The notes under the pieces: model-generated | Seen by the model: the letters and a program-made list of their open reading frames with translations, nothing else | The model's database searches: none | What the model was told of the DNA's origin: nothing | Program-made: the position numbers and the translations under genes | Shown here: positions 51,706-63,577 of the stretch, piece by piece | Layout: the number at the start of each line of letters is the position of its first letter | How positions within the stretch are numbered: position 1 is the stretch's first letter | DNA from: Octopus bimaculoides | Taxonomy: Eukaryota | Length of the DNA: 64,000 nt | Assembly: GCF_001194135.2 (NCBI RefSeq) | Contig: NC_068992.1 | Span: forward strand, 48,842,412-48,906,411 | Reading direction: 5' to 3'

Positions 51706-52803
51706 CCATTATCTTCCAGCAATGAAAAACAGGAAGAGATTCTATAAAGGAACAAATCTACCAACATGTTCAGTTTGAACGATTCATGTCAGTTAATAAA
51801 AGAATTATGCCCACTTAAGCATTACTTTCGGAAGAATCCTCACTTATGTAAGTATATGTGTGTGTGTGTGTATGAATGTATCATGAATGTGTGTCTGTGT
51901 TTTATTGTGGGTGTGTATGCGTTTGTATCCAGTATTCAAAATAGGTGGATATATATCACATCCATAATGATTCGTCCGGTGGTGTAGACGTTCTTATAAG
52001 TAATCTAGAAAAAAATGATGACGCAACAACATTCGTACACAACTTTCTTCAACGTGCTACGTAATTGCTGTTGTATTTCAGAATTGTTTCTAACCAATCA
52101 GAGGCTTCTCACTTTGTCTAATCGATATCTAAGTACTTTGTCTTTCTACACAAGTTCGATTGCCAATTTTGTCAATAGTTATAGATTGAACCCAGTCAAT
52201 CAACATTTACTATCAAGGCTATATTTTAGCAAATATATACTATGTCTATTCAGTCAATATCTGCATACCCTATCTAATTTAACATATACAGGCTGTAACT
52301 ATATCGTTAACATCTATATATTGTCACTTCTACCAACAGTTACAAAGTGATTACATAATTTATATGTGCATGTATGTGCGTCTTCTCTCAGTTGAATTTG
52401 GTTCAATCGAGATGGACTACGTTCAAATGTAGTAGTCAATAAATGATGCAAATGTGGAGTTTACATTGCTGTTTTATATATTCAGGCGTGCAGCGTGGTA
52501 AGAAGTTTATTTTCCAGCCACATCGTTCAAGGCTTAATCTTACAGAGTGGCACTTAGGGCAAGTGTTTATATGTATGTGTGTATGTATGTATGTCTTCTA
52601 TTTTTTTATTATCATAAATCTTCCACTGAGGAAGGATCCAGTTTCCAACAAAGATATAAGGCTCCATCTTTGGGATGTAGTTAACACAAATTCACATTTG
52701 GAACTTGAGAAAAGTCTTGCATATTTTTACTATTACACTCACACATTGGACTTGTTTGTATGTATGTATGTATGTATGTATGTATGTATGACTATATGTA
52801 TGA

Positions 52804-52859
<56 letters not shown>

Positions 52860-53212
52860 NNNNNNNNNNNNNNNNNNNNNNNNNNNNNNNNNNNNNNNNN
52901 NNNNNNNNNNNNNNNNNNNNNNNNNNNNNNNNNNNNNNNNNNNNNNNNNNNNNNNNNNNNNNNNNNNNNNNNNNNNNNNNNNNNNNNNNNNNNNNNNNNN
53001 NNNNNNNNNNNNNNNNNNNNNNNNNNNNNNNNNNNNNNNNNNNNNNNNNNNNNNNNNNNNNNNNNNNNNNNNNNNNNNNNNNNNNNNNNNNNNNNNNNNN
53101 NNNNNNNNNNNNNNNNNNNNNNNNNNNNNNNNNNNNNNNNNNNNNNNNNNNNNNNNNNNNNNNNNNNNNNNNNNNNNNNNNNNNNNNNNNNNNNNNNNNN
53201 NNNNNTATATAT

Positions 53213-53605
53213 ATACTTTTATTCTTTTACTTGCTTCAGTCATTTGACTGCGGCCATGTTGAGGAACCAGCTTTTAGTCGAACAAGTCCACCAAACGACT
53301 TTTCTTTTAAGCCTGGTACTTATTCTATCGGTGTCTTTTGCCAAACTGCTAAGTTATGGGGATGTTAACAAACCAACACCGGTTGTCAAGTGGTGCTGGG
53401 GAGACAAGCACAAACACAAATACATACACACTTTGATATATATGCGACGGGATTCTTTTAGTTTCTGCCTACCAAATCCACTCACAAGGCTTTGGTCGGT
53501 TTCGGGACGACCATCGTACACACTTGCCCAAGGTGCCACGCAATGGAATTGAACCCGGAACCATGCGTTTGGGAAGGAAGCTTCTTACCACACAGCTAAG
53601 CCTAG
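53213..53605 (-). mobile_element. SINE family A copy
   Basis: TTTTACTTGCTTCAGTCATTTGACTGCGGCCATG...TTACCACACAGC. Confidence 0.9.
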
Positions 53606-53791
53606 GTCTATGTATATATGTTTCTATACAAATTTGTGTGTATGTGTGTGTGGGGGTGTTTGTGTGAGTGTATATATGCATGTGTTCGTGCGTGTGTGTG
53701 TGTGTGTGTGTGTGCATGTGTATGTGTGTGTGTGCATGTGTATGTGTGTGTGCGCGTGTGTGTGTGTATGTGTGTGTGTGTGCGTGCGTGC

Positions 53792-53854
<63 letters not shown>

Positions 53855-53954
53855 CGTGTGTGCATTATTGTTCGGAAAGTGTACAGATAATGAAAGCAAG
53901 GAGCTTTCAAACAAAGGAGATAACTTCAGACGTGTTTCGGTCTACGTGGCAGCT

Positions 53955-54122
53955 CTACCAGCTAGAAATAGCAGCCAAATCTGCTTCAAATCACAATCTG
54001 CTATATTAAACAAAAACAATGACGAATCGAGAAAAAGAGATGGAATAGTCATGACTGAATTGCCTTTGATTATAGGTCTACATGCTCAAGGCCGATCTGT
54101 GGCTAAATAAAAACAACAACGA
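53955..54122 (+). mobile_element. Short dispersed repeat ending in (AAC)n; decayed relatives at ~29395-29555 (+), ~32650-32730 (-) and ~33200-33540 (-)
   Basis: CTAGAAATAGCAGCCAAATCT...GCCTTTGATTATAGGTCT...GGCTAAA..(AAC)n; probably a retroposon tail. Confidence 0.55.
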
Positions 54123-55079
54123 CTCTATCAACACTAATTGAATATTTAGTTCATGTCTTGAAGCAACGTCTGTATATACATATACATATATATATATATA
54201 CAACTAATGTTTATCTAATCAACATCCGCAGTTTTTGATGCTTCAATCAACATCGACGATATACAGCTACGTAATAATCAATATTTGATACAATCTGTAT
54301 CAATACTGTCAACATAAAACCACTGTGACAAATCAATATCTAAAGACTATACCTCTCTAGTCAAACTTCGCAGTTGGTATTTATCGACTTCAAATGGATA
54401 CATAGGCAACATCCATACACTGCATCCCGCAGCGCTATATATATATGTGTGTGTATATATATATGTATGTATATATATATATANNNNNNNNNNNNNNNNN
54501 NNNNNNNNNNNNNNNNNNNNNNNNNNNNNNNNNNNNNNNNNNNNNNNNNNNNNNNNNNNNNNNNNNNNNNNNNNNNNNNNNNNNNNNNNNNNNNNNNNNN
54601 NNNNNNNNNNNNNNNNNNNNNNNNNNNNNNNNNNNNNNNNNNNNNNNNNNNNNNNNNNNNNNNNNNNNNNNNNNNNNNNNNNNNNNNNNNNNNNNNNNNN
54701 NNNNNNNNNNNNNNNNNNNNNNNNNNNNNNNNNNNNNNNNNNNNNNNNNNNNNNNNNNNNNNNNNNNNNNNNNNNNNNNNNNNNNNNNNNNNNNNNNNNN
54801 NNNNNNNNNNNNNNNNNNNNNNNNNNNNNNNNNNNNNNNNNNNNNNNNNNNNNNNNNNNNNNNNNNNNNNNNNNNNNNNNNNNNNNNNNNNNNNNNNNNN
54901 NNNNNNNNNNNNNNNNNNNNNNNNNNNNNNNNNNNNNNNNNNNNNNNNNNNNNNNNNNNNNNNNNNNNNNNNNNNNNNNNNNNNNNNNNNNNNNNNNNNN
55001 NNNNNNNNNNNNNNNNNNNNNNNNNNNNNNNNNNNNNNNNNNNNNNNNNNNNNNNNTATATATATATACATACATATAT

Positions 55080-55240
55080 ATGACGGGCTTCTTTTCAGTT
55101 TCCGTCTACCAAATCCACTCACAAGGCTTTGGTAGGCCCGAGGCTATAGTAGAAGACACACGCCCAAGGTGCCACGCAGTGGGACTGAACCCGGAATCAT
55201 GTGGTTGGTAAGCAAGCTACTTACCACACAGCCACTCATA
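55080..55240 (-). mobile_element. SINE family A 5' half (remainder probably in gap or lost)
   Basis: GACGGGCTTCTTTTCAGTTTCCGTCTACC...TTACCACACAGCCACTC. Confidence 0.9.
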
Positions 55241-55419
55241 CAGATATACTGCTTGCCTATCCAAACAAGATCTATACTAACCACCCAGGAAGCTTCTTCC
55301 ATAGAGCCATTTGACATGCTAATGGTAGCACCAAAATCTCCTTCACCCTTTCTAGTGAATATCTACATACTATATCAATCCAATCACAGACGACTCTAAT
55401 AACAATCCGGTCGACTTAA

Positions 55420-56070
55420 TTCGCTATACCTATCCATAAACAATCTGTATGTAAAGTCATTCCGTGCAAGCTTCATTTATCTTGTTATACCTACAATATG
55501 CATCGACTTAGTTATCAATATATTGGCTCAATACATCCAGTCGACAACCATACACTGTGTCTATTCTATCAACATTTGTACACTGTATCTGTCTAGTTGA
55601 CATCTATACACCGTATCAATTCGATCAATAACTATAAACAGTATCTATTCTCTCAATATTTATACACCGTGTCTATTCTGTCAATAGTTAAACACTGTAT
55701 CTAATTCACATATATACATCTCTATATACTTTATCTACGCAGTTGACATCTACTTACCCTGTCTATTCTGTCAATATTTATACATTGTCATTATCCAGCG
55801 AACATCTATTCACTATATCGATTCTGTCAACATACGGTCTATTTATCCATTCAGTATCTATATACCGTATCTATTCAGTCAAAATTTATAGACCGTATCT
55901 ATCTAGTTGATATCTGCTTGCCATGTCTGTTCTGTGACATTCATACGCTTTATCTAATGAGTTGACACCAGTTCGTCATGTCACTTCTGTCAACATTTAT
56001 ATGCTGCAATTAACCAGTCAATAACTATACACGGCATTTATTCTCTCAAGATGGATATATCTATACATAC

Positions 56071-56121
<51 letters not shown>

Positions 56122-56640
56122 TGTATCTCTAGTTGATATCTATACGCAAAATATTCTGTCATGTTTATACGATTTATCTAACAAGTTGACATCTCTACAT
56201 TTTGCTGTCAACATCCATAGATTGTGTCTATGCAATCAAAATTCATACATTGTGTCTGTCCAGTCAATATTTAAACCATATGTATACCTAGTTAACAGTA
56301 TACACCCTGTATAAATTCAATCAATATCTCTCAACTGAGTCTATCTTAATCAATAATTTATTCAACGTATATATCTAGACACAATCTACAAAACATGTCT
56401 ATCTACTCAACATCTACATTTATACGTCGTGTCTAAATAATCAGTATATGCGTATATCGAAAGCTTATCTCGTTAATCGATATTTTCACACTTTATTTAT
56501 CCAGTTAATATCTACAGTTTTCATCTACCCGATAAACGTTAACACACTTCGACTCTTGAGTTAACGTGTTCACATATATCCCATCAAACAAACACATTGC
56601 TATTATCAAATCGATATTTATAAACATTATCAAGATAGCC
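55420..56640. repeat. Old degenerate ~28-bp satellite; related units at ~52150-52330 and ~54120-54420
   Basis: Recurring (G/A)TCAA(C/T)AT(C/T)TATACACTGT(A/G)TCTATTC-like units. Confidence 0.65.
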
Positions 56641-57288
56641 GATTTTTACAATCTAACATTGTCCTGTCATCGCCAAGAGGCTGCCTCTATCCACCCTATA
56701 TCTATGTAATAAGCATAAATAGTTTTGTTTACGGGGTCCATATATAACAAGCTATCTTCAACATTGGAATTACTGAATAAAAGGAAATATTCTAAGTAGA
56801 TTTTAAAATCTATTATTACATTAATTTGCTAACTGAACCATGTATAACATTTGGTATTTGGTGAAACTAAATATTATCAAATAAAATAGGTCAACAATAA
56901 GAATTTACCTTCGCTAAGATGTGTCTGCATTTGCAGCGCCGCTAGCGTGGCCTCCGAACACTTCTAACATGGCTGACCTAGAAGTAGGTTTTTGCCATTA
57001 CTGGAATATTTCCAAGATCACAGACATTGTGTGTAGCCTTGGGAGGAGAGATCTGTTAAGCGCTTGTTGAGTCTGGAGAATTTAATAGAACGAATAAGAA
57101 AATTATAAGAGATTGATTAGTGGTCGTTTGAAATTGGAAGTGGCGATAGAAATAACGGCTGGCTTTTGAATGATTACTTTGACTTAAACCTTTCAACCAT
57201 GAGAAGTCGAATAGGATTTAGATGTGCAACAATGATGAAATACAAATCTTTTTCAAAGAGAATCTAGTATGCAAGTCGTATATCATTT

Positions 57289-57343
<55 letters not shown>

Positions 57344-57598
57344 TGAAATAATATTAACAATAATAAGAATAAGAACAAAACAGTAAAATAATGATGATGA
57401 TGGGCTTTTCCATTATCAGCCCCAAGGGCTCGAAGAGATATAAGAAAATACGATGAACGTGAAACAAATGTCTTGTAAAGAAGCGTGAGATGGAACACAA
57501 TTTATGCAAAGAGAAGTTAAAATGGTAACAAATTGAATACTAAAAAAATGCAAATGATTACACAAAGCTTTTTTTTTAAATACAATAAAACTTAATAA

Positions 57599-57838
57599 TT
57601 AACCCTTTCAACGTGCAAGTACGCCTTGGTGGGTACGATTGCGTTTGACTATTTTCCTATTGAACACAAAAGCCGGTGACCACATGGTTTTGCATTTACA
57701 GCGCGTTTTCCTTAGCGGAAACTTAGTTGCTTTTAGCCATAAACACAACGCCACGTGGCCATCCTCTTTTGCGTATTCCAGGAGTACACTCAAGCGAAAT
57801 CGCACCCTCTAAAACGCATTAGCAGGTTCAAAGGGTTA
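57599..57838. mobile_element. piggyBac-like MITE (233 bp) with TTAA target duplication
   Basis: TTAA 57599-602 then CCCTTTCAACGTGC; right end GCAGGTTCAAAGGG (57822-35, 12/14 inverted match) then T-TA[mariner]TA-A. Confidence 0.7.
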
Positions 57839-58785
57839 CGAGGTTGAGCTGAAAAGCTCATAGGCTGACAATGAAGGAGTGATACTAAAGCTGTGAAATC
57901 TTGCATGCCTTCATTTCAACTCTGTATTAATAACTGCATCGCTTCTTTCCAAGTAAACTGACATCTTACTATTCAAAGAACACTTCAGAAGTAACAAGTA
58001 GCGACTTCTCTTGAAAATGGACAAAATTTGCCATCGTGTTGGTATCAAGTTCCTGAAGAAAAAGGATTTATTCCCGAAGGACATATATACATAGGCGCAG
58101 GAGTGGCTGTGTGGTAAGTAGCTTGCTTACCAACCACATGGTTCCGGGTTCAGTCCCACTGTGAGGCATCTTGGGCAAGTGTCTTCTACTATAGCCTCGG
58201 GCCGACCAAAGCCTTGTGAGTGGATTTGGTAGACGGAAACTGAAAGAAGCCCGTCGTATATATGTATATATACATATATATATGTGTGTGTGTGTGTTTG
58301 TGTGTGTCTGTGTTTGTCCCCCTAGCATTGCTTGACAACCGACGCTGGTGTGTTTTCGTTCCCGTCACTTAGCGGTTCGGCAAAAAAGACCGACAGAATA
58401 GGTACTAGGCTTACAAAGAATAAGTCCCGGGGTCCATTTGCTCGACTAAAGGCGGTGCTCTAGCATGGCCGCAGTCAAATGACTGAAACAAATAAAAGAG
58501 TAAAAGAGTAAAAGAGTATACTGACATCATTGCTACATTAGAGGATGACTCACAAGGCTTTGGTCGGCCCGAGGCTATAGCAGAAGACACTTGCCCAAGG
58601 TGCCATGGAGGACTTTTTTGACCAACAGGATAGAATCTTGTACACTAATGGGGTCCAAGCACTGCAACACCAATGGAAGAAGTGTGTGGACAACAAAGGA
58701 GACTATGTTGAAAAATAAACCTCGTTTAGTCACATTCCATGAGAGTATCTTGGTCAACCTATTAACTTTTCCGCCGACCGGCGTA
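57837..58785 (+). mobile_element. Internally deleted mariner element with both TIRs and a TA duplication
   Basis: 33-nt TIRs (24/33 match) including TA; ATG at 58017 MDKICHRVGIKFLKKKDLFPKDI...TDIIATLEDD; C-terminus FFDQQDRILYTNGVQALQHQWKKCVDNKGDYVEK*. Confidence 0.85.
58091..58516 (+). mobile_element. SINE family A, full-length gap-free copy inserted in the mariner ORF
   Basis: Complete head-to-tail copy flanked by TATAC (58086-90 and 58517-21). Confidence 0.92.
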
Positions 58786-59808
58786 AAACAAAATATAATT
58801 AAACAGAAAATAAAACATGAAAAATAGCTTGGGTCCTTGTTTACACGCAAATAAGACACCACTGGTTAACTCTGTTAGTACAGCCCAAGTCTCTTCCCGC
58901 TCGCCATTGTTCCAATTCCACTGCTGTCTCCTGCAACCGCTAACATGTTCTCTGTGGGTTAATCTACAAATACAACACACGCCTGCAGGTTATATTTCTG
59001 TAAGTATTTCATAATAAAAATCTATTGTCATCTTTTTCATATTTTGCCATTGGCATGGATTATCATTATATTTCCATCTTATTTGTTCATTGATTCGGAT
59101 ACGCAGACATCGCTTGCGGCAACAATAACGTGTTCGTGTGTCAATGAGGTGTTGGCTACTGTTTCTCATCCCTTTGTGGAAACTTTTCCTCAGTATTTTT
59201 TCTCCGTTTTTGATACAAACACACACACACACACACGCATACACACACACNNNNNNNNNNNNNNNNNNNNNNNNNNNNNNNNNNNNNNNNNNNNNNNNNN
59301 NNNNNNNNNNNNNNNNNNNNNNNNNNNNNNNNNNNNNNNNNNNNNNNNNNNNNNNNNNNNNNNNNNNNNNNNNNNNNNNNNNNNNNNNNNNNNNNNNNNN
59401 NNNNNNNNNNNNNNNNNNNNNNNNNNNNNNNNNNNNNNNNNNNNNNNNNNNNNNNNNNNNNNNNNNNNNNNNNNNNNNNNNNNNNNNNNNNNNNNNNNNN
59501 NNNNNNNNNNNNNNNNNNNNNNNNNNNNNNNNNNNNNNNNNNNNNNNNNNNNNNNNNNNNNNNNNNNNNNNNNNNNNNNNNNNNNNNNNNNNNNNNNNNN
59601 NNNNNNNNNNNNNNNNNNNNNNNNNNNNNNNNNNNNNNNNNNNNNNNNNNNNNNNNNNNNNNNNNNNNNNNNNNNNNNNNNNNNNNNNNNNNNNNNNNNN
59701 NNNNNNNNNNNNNNNNNNNNNNNNNNNNNNNNNNNNNNNNNNNNNNNNNNNNNNNNNNNNNNNNNNNNNNNNNNNNNNNNNNNNNNNNNNNNNNNNNNNN
59801 NNNNNNNN

Positions 59809-59842
<34 letters not shown>

Positions 59843-59949
59843 TCAAAATAGTTTCATTCTAATTCGTTGGTACACTTGAGTTTCACGCGTGATGCTAGTC
59901 GTCAGCCATTTTGAATTTGAATGATAGAAGTTGATTCTTATTACCGTAA

Positions 59950-60120
59950 GGTGGGCTGCGATTGGTCGAGGAAGGTCACGTGGTGTCATAGTTTGATGTT
60001 GATATATAGATAACAGTTAGTTGAAAAATACCGCATGATGAACAGGGAAATGACCACGTGGAGGATAGGAAATAGACCACGTCGTGGTCAGGAAATCGGT
60101 CAGGTTGTTGGGGTGGGGGA
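59950..60120. promoter_or_regulatory. Promoter-like motif cluster
   Basis: ATTGG 59961, CACGTG 59977 and 60055, palindrome GACCACGTCGTGGTC 60075-89, CAGGAAAT 60089, GGGGTGGGG ~60110; locally CpG-containing. Confidence 0.3.
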
Positions 60121-60814
60121 GTAGGAAGGGACGGCATGTGTAAGCATATAGTTCTGTTTGTGGGCTTGTAGACGCTCTCATAAGGTTTTGCGTGCATGTG
60201 TGTATTGCATTGATGCGAGAGTGCGTAGCTGTATATGGGTGTGCATGCGCACGTCTGCACACGCACACACACACGCACACACACACACACATACACTTGG
60301 ACGGACAAGCACACGCGCACACGTACACACATATGTGCGCGCACACGCACGCACATATACACGCGCACACGCACACGCATACACGCACAAACACACAAGA
60401 ATACACACAGGTGCGTATTCATTCTTTTGTCCATATGTATATACGCATGCATATACACATGCCTATCAGTGTGTGCGTGCATACGCGCGCGCATGCGTGA
60501 GGATACACGCGCAAAATAAGCGTTTGGGATTGGTATGTACTGAGGGTTGGTAAAAATTGGTGATTGACAATTGGCAGTCCTGCTCATGGGGTTGGGTGGT
60601 AGCAGTGACCTTAGTGCATGCGGTGCAGAGGAGCAGCTGGTGCTAAAATGGGACATCCGGGTTGTCAGCAGTCAGAGGCTTGAGGTTTGTCAGAAGGGAT
60701 AGCAATCCACAATGCTTACCAATTCCCAACGTTTACCAAGCCTCAACACTTGTTTTGCGCGTGTATACACACGCATGTGTGCACGTATGCACACGTGCAT
60801 GTGCATGCTTTTCA

Positions 60815-60920
60815 TCTTTTCTGGGGTCAATAAATTAAGTACCAGTGAAACACTAGGGTTGATGAAATCGACTCATCCCCTCCCCAAAATGGCTGTCCTT
60901 GTGGAAAAATTTGAAACCAT
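60815..60920 (+). mobile_element. SINE family B 3' half ending in (ATT)n
   Basis: TTCATCTTTTCTGGGGTCAATAAATTAAGTACCAGTGAAACACTAGGGTTGATG. Confidence 0.8.
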
Positions 60921-60921
60921 A

Positions 60922-60957
<36 letters not shown>

Positions 60958-60960
<3 letters not shown>

Positions 60961-62338
60961 TAGTTTTATTTTTATAACGTGCTTTCACTTCACTACCGAG
61001 CGCAGCTCTGTGCGCCTTGGGTATGTGCTGTGGTTTGCTGTGGTGCTCTTATGTTTACTGTATTGAAAGTGTTTTGCGTAGAATGTGTGCAGTACCCAGT
61101 AGTGCAATTTTCTGTATGTTATATATATTTGTAAGTCCTGGTGTTTTTGTTATGTATTTGTCTGAATATTTTTTTATTATACCTAAGGCACCTACTATGA
61201 TAGGAATTGTTTCTGTTTTTAGATTCCACANNNNNNNNNNNNNNNNNNNNNNNNNNNNNNNNNNNNNNNNNNNNNNNNNNNNNNNNNNNNNNNNNNNNNN
61301 NNNNNNNNNNNNNNNNNNNNNNNNNNNNNNNNNNNNNNNNNNNNNNNNNNNNNNNNNNNNNNNNNNNNNNNNNNNNNNNNNNNNNNNNNNNNNNNNNNNN
61401 NNNNNNNNNNNNNNNNNNNNNNNNNNNNNNNNNNNNNNNNNNNNNNNNNNNNNNNNNNNNNNNNNNNNNNNNNNNNNNNNNNNNNNNNNNNNNNNNNNNN
61501 NNNNNNNNNNNNNNNNNNNNNNNNNNNNNNNNNNNNNNNNNNNNNNNNNNNNNNNNNNNNNNNNNNNNNNNNNNNNNNNNNNNNNNNNNNNNNNNNNNNN
61601 NNNNNNNNNNNNNNNNNNNNNNNNNNNNNNNNNNNNNNNNNNNNNNNNNNNNNNNNNNNNNNNNNNNNNNNNNNNNNNNNNNNNNNNNNNNNNNNNNNNN
61701 NNNNNNNNNNNNNNNNNNNNNNNNNNNNNNNNNNNNNNNNNNNNNNNNNNNNNNNNNNNNNNNNNNNNNNNNNNNNNNNNNNNNNNNNNNNNNNNNNNNN
61801 NNNNNNNNNNNNNNNNNNNNNNNNNNNNNNNNNNNNNNNNNNNNNNNNNNNNNNNNNNNNNNNNNNNNNNNNNNNNNNNNNNNNNNNNNNNNNNNNNNNN
61901 NNNNNNNNNNNNNNNNNNNNNNNNNNNNNNNNNNNNNNNNNNNNNNNNNNNNNNNNNNNNNNNNNNNNNNNNNNNNNNNNNNNNNNNNNNNNNNNNNNNN
62001 NNNNNNNNNNNNNNNNNNNNNNNNNNNNNNNNNNNNNNNNNNNNNNNNNNNNNNNNNNNNNNNNNNNNNNNNNNNNNNNNNNNNNNNNNNNNNNNNNNNN
62101 NNNNNNNNNNNNNNNNNNNNNNNNNNNGTGTTTTGTGGCTATTTGTATTAGTTTCCCTTGCTTCTGGAGTAGGTATTTTTGCAGTCCTATGGTGGTTATT
62201 TTATAATAGTTTTCTAGCTGTATAAGACCCCTGCCACCTTCTGTGCGTTGTATATATAGCCTTTCTATGTCAGATTTTGGGTGGTGCATCCTATATCCTG
62301 TCATTATTTTTCTTGTTTTTCTGTCTATTTTACATAGT

Positions 62339-62340
<2 letters not shown>
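60958..62340 (-). mobile_element. 5'-truncated R4/Dong element with an intact 3' end, inserted in (AAT)n; middle lies in an 897-N gap
   Basis: NELCKIDRKTRKIMTGYRMHHPKSDIERLYIQRTEGGRGLIQLE (RT thumb) ... WNLKTETIPIIVGALGIIKK...IQKIALLGTAHILRKTLS*; (AAT)n on both flanks. Confidence 0.9.
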
Positions 62341-62401
<61 letters not shown>

Positions 62402-62402
<1 letters not shown>

Positions 62403-62550
62403 CCCGCCGACAGTTCCAATTCCGCCAAGGTCGACTTTGCCTTTCATCTTTTCGGGGTAGTTACATTAAGTACCAGTGAAACACTGGGGTCGATATAATT
62501 TACTAGTCCCCTTCCCTAAGATTTCAGGCCTTGTGTCTTTAATAGAAAGG
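62402..62550 (+). mobile_element. SINE family B 3' part within (ATT)n
   Basis: TCCAATTCCGCCAAGGTCGACTTTGCC...GGCCTTGTGTCTTTAATAGAAAGGATTATT. Confidence 0.85.
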
Positions 62551-62578
62551 ATTATTATTATTATCATCATCATCATCA

Positions 62579-62641
<63 letters not shown>

Positions 62642-63199
62642 CTATGCCACAACATAGCAATGGTGTTTTATCTGGTATAATTATGCTTCCTATCGAAACA
62701 CCGTTTTTAATCTGAGAATAGGAAACAGCTTATACCTTCTATATAATTTTTTTCTGCTTTCATATCTGTTTTATCTTTGTATTGAGAACTTTCCAGATAA
62801 TTTTGGGCTAAACCTAGTAAATATGTTTCTATACTGTGCCCATTCCTAGATTAAGATCAAATTTTCCAAGGACTACTCTCAAAATTTTGTCGCTGTTTCC
62901 AAAGCCTCAATAATAGTTGTCAAGATCATGTTCTTGATAACTTTTCTGTTCCAGCACTTGGGAATTTCATACTTCAGTACGGTACAATACGCCATTTTTT
63001 ATTTTTCTTACTTTTTTTTCTGTTTTACATTAATATCAAAAGGTCATGCTATGTTGATTACAATACATAGTTTCTTATTCTTCTCACGGACTACAATATG
63101 CAGCATGGAGTATTCTTTCAGTTTGTAAAGAAAAGTGCCATAACAAACTGACTTCACCATTTTCGAGAAATTCCACTTTTATTATTCTTATTATTATTG

Positions 63200-63253
<54 letters not shown>

Positions 63254-63305
63254 GTTTGACTTCTGCTTTGTATTTGTATAAATTGACTCCAAGTCTCATC
63301 TATTA

Positions 63306-63373
<68 letters not shown>

Positions 63374-63374
63374 G

Positions 63375-63560
63375 TTAAAGGCAACGAGCTGACAGAATCG
63401 TTAGCACGCTAGACAAAATGCTTGGTGGTATTTCGCCCGTCGCTACGTTCTGATTTCAAATTCCGCCGAGGTCGACTTTAACTTTCACCTTTTCGGGGTC
63501 GATAAAATAAGTACCAGTTGCAGATGGGTCGATGTAATCGACTCATTCCTCCCTCAGAAT
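63375..63560 (+). mobile_element. SINE family B copy
   Basis: AAGGCAACGAGCTGACAGAATCGTTAG...TTCAAATTCCGCCGAGGTCGAC...GGGTCGATGTAATCGACT. Confidence 0.85.
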
Positions 63561-63577
63561 TCAACATTCTTATTATT

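Noticed and set aside
56930-56952. GCAGCGCCGCTAGCGTGG as a CTCF site
   Set aside because: Spacing is one base short of the consensus core.
59865-59912. Minus-strand CTGACGA...GAAACTCAAGTG
   Set aside because: Helix II is poor, position 17 is G and helix I has only 3 offset pairs; too weak.
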